From an uncultured Candidatus Saccharibacteria bacterium (GTDB taxonomy: Bacteria; Patescibacteriota; Saccharimonadia; Saccharimonadales; JAGQNJ01), in assembly GCA_964577565.1 (NCBI GenBank), contig CAZNZL010000001.1, positions 334,566 to 398,565 of the forward strand: 64,000 nucleotides of DNA. Reading direction: 5' to 3'. The notes beneath the pieces are model-generated. The model did not search any database. It worked only from the letters and a program-made list of their open reading frames with translations, and had not been told where the DNA came from. Made by a program: the position numbers and the translations under genes. Below, piece after piece: positions 9,128-15,659 of this stretch (positions are counted from its first letter, which is position 1; each line of letters opens with the position of its first letter).

Positions 9128-9200
9128 AGGGGACTTGAACTCAAACGACCCCTGTAATCAGGGGCCGCAGAGTTCTAGTAATAAGAGTCATTCTCGAAGT

Positions 9201-9276
9201 TGGTGCGGGTGACGAGACTCAAACTCGTGGCCTCTTCCTTGGCAAGGAAGCGCTCTATCAACTGAGCTACACCCGC
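9201..9276 (-). tRNA. tRNA-Gly (GCC)
   Basis: RC is gcgggtgtagctcagttgatagagcgcttccttGCCaaggaagaggccacgagtttgagtctcgtcacccgcacca. The cloverleaf folds by hand and CCA is encoded. Confidence 0.95.
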
Positions 9277-9460
9277 TCGTCAGAATCGACGGTCGCCTTT
9301 CACGAAAGTTTTTAAACTAACTTTCGTTTCACGCTCTAGTCGCTTCTTCCTCTCAGTTTTTTATCCAGTCGAGTCGGCAAAGCCGCTCCTTGGGATAAAA
9401 AACTGGTATTTGAGAAATATCCCAACTACAGGGGTGAATTATATGGTATATGGAGGCTTT

Positions 9461-9751
9461 TTACAAGTCTTCAGATCCTTGAGGGGCATCATCCGACCTC
9501 TCTTTAATCCATTCTTGAAATTCTTTATCTGACATTTCCAGGGTGCGTAAAATGGTCTCTATCATCTCTGGCGCACCCTCAAACGTAACGGGGCTATCAC
9601 CTAAAGGTTCGAAGACGCTTGAAGGAATATAACCTTGACACCCAATTTGAACAGCCAGTCCTTCTCCACGCTCGAATCTATCGCTACACATCACGTTTAT
9701 CTTACCACAAATGAATTGGCTGATCAGGCCTCCCAGGGCTTCCTTCGGCAC
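9461..9751 (-). CDS. hypothetical protein
   Basis: 96-aa ORF between two tRNA genes. No motif recognised. Confidence 0.4.
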   Translation of the reverse strand: MPKEALGGLISQFICGKINVMCSDRFERGEGLAVQIGCQGYIPSSVFEPLGDSPVTFEGAPEMIETILRTLEMSDKEFQEWIKERSDDAPQGSEDL

Positions 9752-9819
9752 ATTTCAAAACTTTCTCGAAGCAAGCTGCTGCGCGTGCTCATCATGAACG
9801 AACTGCCCACTTCGTGGCA

Positions 9820-9832
9820 CCCAGTTCGAGTC
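9820..9832 (+). repeat. inverted 13-nt copy of the tRNA-Phe T-arm
   Basis: cccagttcgagtc on the plus strand equals the sense T-stem/loop of the minus-strand tRNA-Phe (complement at 9907-9919). Confidence 0.85.
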
Positions 9833-9860
9833 GTTAAGCAAAGACTAAACCCTAAGTAAA

Positions 9861-9890
9861 AGCCCCATCCATTAGGATGAGACTTTTACT
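9861..9890 (-). terminator. hairpin plus T-run after tRNA-Phe
   Basis: Minus sense reads aaaagtctcatcctaatggatggggcttttac, with stem catcc/ggatg followed by TTTT. Confidence 0.55.
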
Positions 9891-9891
9891 T

Positions 9892-9967
9892 TGGTGGCTC
9901 CTCCCAGACTCGAACTGGGGACACAAGGCTCTTCAGGCCTCTGCTCTACCAACTGAGCTAAAGAGCC
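9892..9967 (-). tRNA. tRNA-Phe (GAA)
   Basis: RC is ggctctttagctcagttggtagagcagaggcctGAAgagccttgtgtccccagttcgagtctgggaggagccacca, 76 nt. Confidence 0.95.
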
Positions 9968-10141
9968 ACGTCACTGCGTAAATGTTTATTGCCACAGCTT
10001 TTTGAAAGCAAAGCTATCAAAAAGCTATTTGCAACAAACAAAGTCAGTTCCTCTTCCCCAACTTGAATCCCCTCAAGTTGGGGACCCCTAAGTATCGGAA
10101 TTAGGCATACATATAATAGCGGATCAGGGGTGAATTTTCAA

Positions 10142-10501
10142 TTATAGATTAGTGAGCTCGCTGATTTTGTCTTGCCAGTCACGAGCTTGATCTTCAAGCT
10201 CACGTAGTTTTTGCTCAAGTTGCGAACGACGCCTGGCAATGTCATTCTCAAAATTTGAACGGTCACTTTCAAGCTTAATGTTATTACGTGCCGCTAGTGC
10301 ACGCTGGGCATCGTCCGCATTAGGATTGCCCGCCACAATATTGTTGCGGTTTACCTCAGATTCAATCTCCTGTATTCTTCTGTGGCGTTCTTCTTCAAGA
10401 CGACCAATTTGCACCCGAATTTCGTTAGCCTCATTTTGCTTCGCAACTTGAGCACGTTGTAAATTGCTCGCTGCAACTTGTATGTATTCCTCGCCTGCCA
10501 T
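10142..10501 (-). CDS. coiled-coil protein, unknown function
   Basis: 119 aa, heptad-rich (RLEEERHRRIQEIESE...). It lies downstream of the SPFH gene. Confidence 0.6.
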   Translation of the reverse strand: MAGEEYIQVAASNLQRAQVAKQNEANEIRVQIGRLEEERHRRIQEIESEVNRNNIVAGNPNADDAQRALAARNNIKLESDRSNFENDIARRRSQLEQKLRELEDQARDWQDKISELTNL

Positions 10502-10552
10502 GACAAAATTATATGCCTAAGCCTGGCGAATGCTTGTAATTTTTTTAACAGA

Positions 10553-11287
10553 TTACTTTGTGAGTTTTTGTAGGTTCTCAAGCAATTCCACCGGCAACAC
10601 AAATACGCTTTTTTGTGATGGCTCTACCGAGATTTTTTCTAATGTTTGCAGAGTTCTAATTGAAACTCCGCCTTTTACTTTGCTCAGCATCTGAGCGGCT
10701 TCAGCCACTTGTTGAGCTGCCGCTTTTTCGCCCTCCGCCGTAATGATGACAGCTCGTCGCTCACGCTCTGCTTCGGCTTGCTTGGCCATGGCGCGCTTCA
10801 TATCTTGTGGTAATTCAATGTTTTGAATTTTAACGTTTTCTACATCGATACCCCATTTGTCGGTTTCGCTGTCTACTACTTTTTTGATTTGCTGGCTAAT
10901 TTCATCGCGCTTACTCAATAACTCATCAAGTTCGTCGTTACCTACTACATCACGGAGGGCCGCTTGCGCAAACTGGGCAGTCGCATACGTGTAATTGGTT
11001 GTTTCGAGCACTGCTTTCTCGGCTGAAATAACCCGAAAATAAACCACCGCATCGACGCCGATGGTTACGTTATCTTTAGTAATTACCTCTTGCTTTGGAA
11101 CATCAACTGGTGTAGATCGTACATCGACCTTCTTCATGACTTGGATAATAGGAATAATAATATTAAGACCTGGGCTTCTAGTACCCGTGTACTTACCGAG
11201 CGTTAAAATAACGCCACGTTCATACTGGTTAATAATTCGTATACCCGTAATTATCACAAAAGCGATGATAATAACTAAAACCCACAT
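10553..11287 (-). CDS. SPFH/band-7 (stomatin-like, slipin) membrane protein
   Basis: N-terminal TM followed by IINQYERGVILTLGKYTG...VDVRSTPVDVPKQEVITKDNV...ELPQDMKRAMAKQAEAERERRA. Confidence 0.85.
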   Translation of the reverse strand: MWVLVIIIAFVIITGIRIINQYERGVILTLGKYTGTRSPGLNIIIPIIQVMKKVDVRSTPVDVPKQEVITKDNVTIGVDAVVYFRVISAEKAVLETTNYTYATAQFAQAALRDVVGNDELDELLSKRDEISQQIKKVVDSETDKWGIDVENVKIQNIELPQDMKRAMAKQAEAERERRAVIITAEGEKAAAQQVAEAAQMLSKVKGGVSIRTLQTLEKISVEPSQKSVFVLPVELLENLQKLTK

Positions 11288-11488
11288 ACCTGCTCCTTGT
11301 TTATAGTTAAAGTATAAATGAGATATTTGATTTTATGAATTTTTATTCTATCGGGATCTTGTAGGGGGTCCCCACAAAAACGCTAGGTTTAGTGGGGTAA
11401 AGGAGCGTCAACGAAGGCCTTGCCAAAAATATAACAACCTTGTTTTAGGGAAGTTATATTTCCAGCAAGGTAGTAGTTTGGTGCGACG

Positions 11489-11510
11489 TGGTGGGCGCTG
11501 AGGGACTCGA
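11489..11510 (-). repeat. orphan copy of the last 22 nt of tRNA-Val (T-loop to CCA)
   Basis: tggtgggcgctgagggactcga is identical to 11829-11850. No upstream cloverleaf is present. Confidence 0.9.
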
Positions 11511-11673
11511 CCTACCTTCGGCAGGCCCGGAGGTTCACGATTGGCAAGCCAGTTGCCATCGGAACATTCCCTTGCGGAATGCCACTGGCATTCCTCACCC
11601 CTCCCCTTGGAGTCGGGTGTTCGAGGCCACAATCGACAAACAAAAAGCCCATCCCGAGGATGGACTATTTGTT

Positions 11674-11689
11674 TGGTGGGCGCTGAGGG
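11674..11689 (-). repeat. orphan copy of the last 16 nt of tRNA-Val
   Basis: tggtgggcgctgaggg is identical to 11829-11844 and is followed on the minus strand by its own hairpin plus T-run (11642-11668). Confidence 0.9.
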
Positions 11690-11798
11690 GGCGGTTTCGC
11701 CTCTGCTCAACCCGCTGCGTCGCTTACTCTCCGCCAGCTGGCGAATGTGTGAGCTCCTTGCGAACGAACCCCAGGGTTCTCGTCCCTCAAAACCATAT

Positions 11799-11822
11799 AA
11801 AAAGCCCGTCATTGACGGACTC
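11799..11822 (-). terminator. hairpin plus T-run after tRNA-Val
   Basis: Minus sense reads agtccgtcaatgacgggcttttt. Confidence 0.6.
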
Positions 11823-11828
11823 TTTATA

Positions 11829-11905
11829 TGGTGGGCGCTGAGGGACTCGAACCCCCGACCCCTTCGGTGTAAACGAAGTGCTCTAGCCAGCTGAGCTAAG
11901 CGCCC
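11829..11905 (-). tRNA. tRNA-Val (TAC)
   Basis: RC is gggcgcttagctcagctggctagagcacttcgttTACaccgaaggggtcgggggttcgagtccctcagcgcccacca. Confidence 0.95.
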
Positions 11906-11941
11906 TAGACTGGAATATTATACGTATTATTTAACTATTTA

Positions 11942-12676
11942 TCAATACTGGTATTTTGTATGAACGTCATCATCCACACTACTTCGCATTGCCATCAGAA
12001 TTACCCATCCAGGGCCCTTTTCAGCGTAACGCATTGAGGTGCCTTCTGGTACTAAACCAGAGCCAACGAGCTCTAAGGTCATATTATCACTCACGCCAAA
12101 TATTCCTACTATACCTCGATAGGCGTCACTTTCTGCAAAACATTTATTTATAGCAAGTCCGCCAAGCTGTAACGACATACCCGCGTGAACCGCCTTGCTG
12201 TATTCTCGCGTGGCTATTGTTGCAAGTTCGTGGGGTAATACTGATTGATCATCAAGTGCCTTACGGCCAGCCTTGACTAACCGATGATCTACTTGATCGT
12301 TGTGGAGCGGATGAAGCCATGATATACCGTCAACAGAACCGTCTATATCATTGACGGCTATGTACAGTGTGCGCCCCCCTTTATCAATGAGAAACCGCTC
12401 CATAATTTCTTCAACGCTTCTAAAGCGAGTAAAATCGCCGTCATTTTCAGCTGCAACTACCGGTTCAGTCATAGTTCGATAATGCAGCCACTGAGCAACA
12501 ATTTCGGGCATCTCCTCCGTAGGCGTAAATACATATACGCTGTACCGAGTAGTGCCAGCGTTGTTTACAAGTTCAATACTATCTACGAGGTGATCGGCAA
12601 AATGGTCCCCTTTAATGGGGTCGGGGATTTTACATTCGAATTCGTGACTTTGTTCCATTTCTTTACTCACACCCAA
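11942..12676 (-). CDS. hypothetical protein
   Basis: 244-aa ORF. No firm motif, so it is left uncalled. Confidence 0.55.
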   Translation of the reverse strand: MGVSKEMEQSHEFECKIPDPIKGDHFADHLVDSIELVNNAGTTRYSVYVFTPTEEMPEIVAQWLHYRTMTEPVVAAENDGDFTRFRSVEEIMERFLIDKGGRTLYIAVNDIDGSVDGISWLHPLHNDQVDHRLVKAGRKALDDQSVLPHELATIATREYSKAVHAGMSLQLGGLAINKCFAESDAYRGIVGIFGVSDNMTLELVGSGLVPEGTSMRYAEKGPGWVILMAMRSSVDDDVHTKYQY

Positions 12677-12886
12677 CCTTTAATATTTAACTTTAACTAT
12701 TTTGTTGTGGTGCACCTGATGACAGGTGTCTTGAACCTTTAGAGAGTATATCTGACTGGCTATTAAGTAGTCCAGATATAGACTGGGTTTTACAGCTTAG
12801 AAATGCTTCATTATCTGGATTTGTACCACAGTACCAACTCTGATAAGGGCGTGTTATTACTCTCGCTAGAAGTCGTTTGAACCAAA

Positions 12887-13531
12887 TTACTCAGAGACGT
12901 AAAAGGTGTTCTGTGCTTCTTCTAGTAATTGAGGACGACCGAACTCGTCGGAGACCACCTCAACACCACGCTGCTCACAGTATTCAGCAATTTCATTTAC
13001 TCCACCCAGAACCGTTCTAACGGCGGTCTCAAGAGCGACAGCCTCGTCTTGAGTGGGTTTTTCTATGCTCACATCTCTACCAAGAGCTAACTCTACAAAT
13101 GGCTGATCAACTACAATGCCTTTCTTCCCGCTATCATTGGTTTCAATCGCACATATAGGTACATATTTCATAGTTGCAAACTTGAAGAACATATCTCCAA
13201 TCGCACCACTATCTGCTTCAACCTCACCAGCGTAACCCTTTGCAGACTCTTCGAGACACAGACTGTATTTACCGTCTTTCATATTAGGCGTCACACTAAA
13301 ATCGGTACGTAAGTCAGGCTCAGTTTCGGTTGCTGGCTCACCATTTCGCAAAGTAGTGCTTATTGCTCGGAAAAGCATGTCATCACCGAGTATTTTTGTG
13401 CTAAATGCACCCAATGCTTCTGCTAGTACTGCCTTTTTCAGGTCAATATCAAAGTCACCATTATCTTGTGGGATTGGTTCACGTGGTTCTGTCATGGGGT
13501 ACATATTAGCATAATTACTTTGTATTGTCAA
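12887..13531 (-). CDS. hypothetical protein (acidic)
   Basis: 214-aa ORF. No motif recognised. Confidence 0.55.
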   Translation of the reverse strand: MTIQSNYANMYPMTEPREPIPQDNGDFDIDLKKAVLAEALGAFSTKILGDDMLFRAISTTLRNGEPATETEPDLRTDFSVTPNMKDGKYSLCLEESAKGYAGEVEADSGAIGDMFFKFATMKYVPICAIETNDSGKKGIVVDQPFVELALGRDVSIEKPTQDEAVALETAVRTVLGGVNEIAEYCEQRGVEVVSDEFGRPQLLEEAQNTFYVSE

Positions 13532-13693
13532 TAGTTCTTATGCTGTTACTGTGTCGCACAATAAGTATTGTGAGTCAGTACCTAACAGGGGTAGAGCCCG
13601 TTTTTTAGCGACATAGGTGCTTGTCAAGTGCTAGTGTTATTTTCGCCCACCCCTGTTAAATAACATATTATACAATAATGCGATTTGCAGATT

Positions 13694-14788
13694 CTAAATG
13701 TCGTTGCACGAAGGAATGACACCCTTATATGCTTGCTCAAATTGAACGGTTTCTGCTGAACGGCAAGCGTCATAAATACTCTCCTGCACAGCCCTAGCAG
13801 CAGCATGACCAATAATATCTACTTGCGTATATAAGCTGTCCTCTACCTCCTGGAAGTATTGCAGCATACTATTAAATGGATTCTTTAGTTCGCCTGTACT
13901 AAATACAAAAACAGTATCACCGTCAGACGAAGTATGTACAGGATTTATCGCACGTACTTGTCCATGTGAAGCAAGGTGGGCCACTTTCTCTAGATGCAGC
14001 TTCGCCCCTAAGTCTACGTTGATACCTACAACCGAGATAGTTGTATTAGCCCTATCTTGGGTTACGAATTCAATAAGATTTTCGTACGGCTTAAACTTCG
14101 TTTCTTCATCTCTATTTCCCGCAAGCACTTCTCCATTAGGCAAGATGATGTTGCCCAATGAGTTAACCACCGACAATGCACAAACAATAATTCCATTGCC
14201 TAGGTCTACACGAGCAGAGCCAACACCAGCCTTCATAGCACTTGTTTTCGTACCACCCTCTACCCAACGGAACTTACCAACCGAAGTACCAGTTCCAGCC
14301 CCAACATTGCCACTAGCTACTGGCTCCGTATTAGCACTTTCGTATGCTTCACGACCATACACAGGATCGTAGGGTGCAACTTGCATTCCTTGGTCGTAAA
14401 CTATTGCTCCCACAACAGACGGATTATAAATATCCTTGTTCTTACCCGAAACAGAGCCAACTTTGTCTCGTCGCATACACCCCATAATCTCAGAAGCCGA
14501 CATTAAGCCCGTATTGCTTCCGCCAGCAATAAATATTCCTCGTTCTCCATAGTTGGTCTTATCTGCTTTATTTGCTTCAGTCCCAAATGCACCCACAGCA
14601 CCACCATAAGCTTTATATGCAACTTGATACGGTTTATCAAAAAGAATTACAGTGCAGCCAGTTAGCTTATCTAAGTGTGTAGAGTGTCCTACTTTTACGC
14701 CATGTAGGGCTGTAAGTGTATTGTTTTGCATAGTCTTATGCATAGCAGGGAAAAACAGGAATAGCACGGATGTAGCAATTAAGCTCAA
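13694..14788 (-). CDS. S58 (DmpA / P1 family) aminopeptidase
   Basis: LHGVKVGHSTHLDKLTGCTVILF...NVGAGTGTSVGKF...INPVHTSSDGDTVF is the typical DmpA-family pattern. The start is uncertain (TTG 14788 or an internal ATG). Confidence 0.75.
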   Translation of the reverse strand: MSLIATSVLFLFFPAMHKTMQNNTLTALHGVKVGHSTHLDKLTGCTVILFDKPYQVAYKAYGGAVGAFGTEANKADKTNYGERGIFIAGGSNTGLMSASEIMGCMRRDKVGSVSGKNKDIYNPSVVGAIVYDQGMQVAPYDPVYGREAYESANTEPVASGNVGAGTGTSVGKFRWVEGGTKTSAMKAGVGSARVDLGNGIIVCALSVVNSLGNIILPNGEVLAGNRDEETKFKPYENLIEFVTQDRANTTISVVGINVDLGAKLHLEKVAHLASHGQVRAINPVHTSSDGDTVFVFSTGELKNPFNSMLQYFQEVEDSLYTQVDIIGHAAARAVQESIYDACRSAETVQFEQAYKGVIPSCNDI

Positions 14789-14977
14789 AACCCCGTCCTA
14801 GACGCTCTCCGTAGGTCCTAGAGGGCATCCAAATCGGTTCACTATTTAGCCTTGAAATTACTCCAGTTGGTGGTTCCAAATCTTTTTCCCATATTTCTGA
14901 CCGTCAACGCCGTTTTTCGCCGTATATTGTTCTTACCATATCTGACAGCAAAACTCTTAAAAACTATGCAAATGCGA

Positions 14978-15217
14978 CTAGTTAATCTGGAATGGTGTCA
15001 GGAAACTAAACACAACCTTATCCTGGTTGCTGTGAGCTTTCTCCATCTTCTCTGCGAACACTTTGTTACTTAAGTGGCGATAGTAAGTATCACGACTTAT
15101 TCCTGCATACCTACACGCCTCCCCAATAGTGCTATTGTGTTGGATCGAGTCAGCCAGCATCATCATAACCGTATAATTAACCTTAGAGGGTCTGCCTTCG
15201 GCTCTTTTGTATACCAT
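14978..15217 (-). CDS. small helix-turn-helix DNA-binding protein
   Basis: AAGGAG RBS. RAEGRPSKVNY...STIGEACRYAGISRDTYYRHL resembles resolvase/terminase-small-type HTH. It is divergent from the recombinase. Confidence 0.6.
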   Translation of the reverse strand: MVYKRAEGRPSKVNYTVMMMLADSIQHNSTIGEACRYAGISRDTYYRHLSNKVFAEKMEKAHSNQDKVVFSFLTPFQIN

Positions 15218-15280
15218 ATTTACTCCTTTTGGTTTTTGCGGATACCTCTATTCTTATTATCTCAAAACAACAATTTTAAC

Positions 15281-15309
15281 TTGACAATTCTTAAGCATAA
15301 GCGTATAAT
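15281..15309 (+). promoter_or_regulatory. consensus sigma70-type promoter
   Basis: TTGACA (15281-86), a 17-nt spacer, then TATAAT (15304-09). It lies 345 nt upstream of the recombinase ATG. Confidence 0.6.
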
Positions 15310-15659
15310 TAGAAGTACGATAGTGAGTGTCTTGGTGTCATAGAACACATACACACTTGCTTTAGGACTTCCCACCCCTTAGTCGATGTTGTCCTCGATA
15401 ACTTGTCGAGACACATTGGGCTAAGAGATTGATGATCCATCGAATATCCAACTAGTATCAGACGAAACAAGCCCACAGCTAGAAGCGGTGGGTGCTTTTG
15501 GTGTCCACAACAAAAAGACACAAGATATAGACGACGGGCTAATAGAATATGCAGATGCCCTTGAAGCTATAGACGAAAATAACCCGTTAGCCGAACTAAA
15601 TGCGGTGTCAATGTCCGACAACAATGGTGGTCGTATCTTCTACTAATACAAGCTAAAAT

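Larger units (their letters stand above)
5265..9200 (-). mobile_element. GC-rich genomic island abutting the 3' end of tRNA-Gly; no integrase present
   Basis: Hand counts give 55-62% GC inside against 32-40% in the flanking lines. The composition jump occurs at about 5265. The right edge is the CCA end of tRNA-Gly at 9201. Confidence 0.6.

Noticed and set aside
6543-9212. About 15 plus-strand and alternative-frame ORFs antisense to the 911-aa gene
   Set aside because: The minus-strand frame carries unambiguous PHP and ABC/SMC ATPase motifs. The antisense ORFs are a GC artefact.
10078-10135. c-di-AMP (ydaO-type) riboswitch suggested by GGGGACCC and GGGGTGAAT boxes, and a similar idea for the LysM-CHAP leader at 38400-38600
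   Set aside because: The orientation does not precede any plus-strand gene. The remaining conserved ydaO segments (ACCCGAAUCCG...CUAACCUCG) are absent. A better explanation is promoter or discriminator motifs for the minus-strand genes.
11408-11894. Track ORFs 11408..11812, 11488..11841 and 11541..11894
   Set aside because: They run across tRNA-Val and its orphan 3'-end copies. Their translations are Arg/Pro/Gly-rich with no start context.
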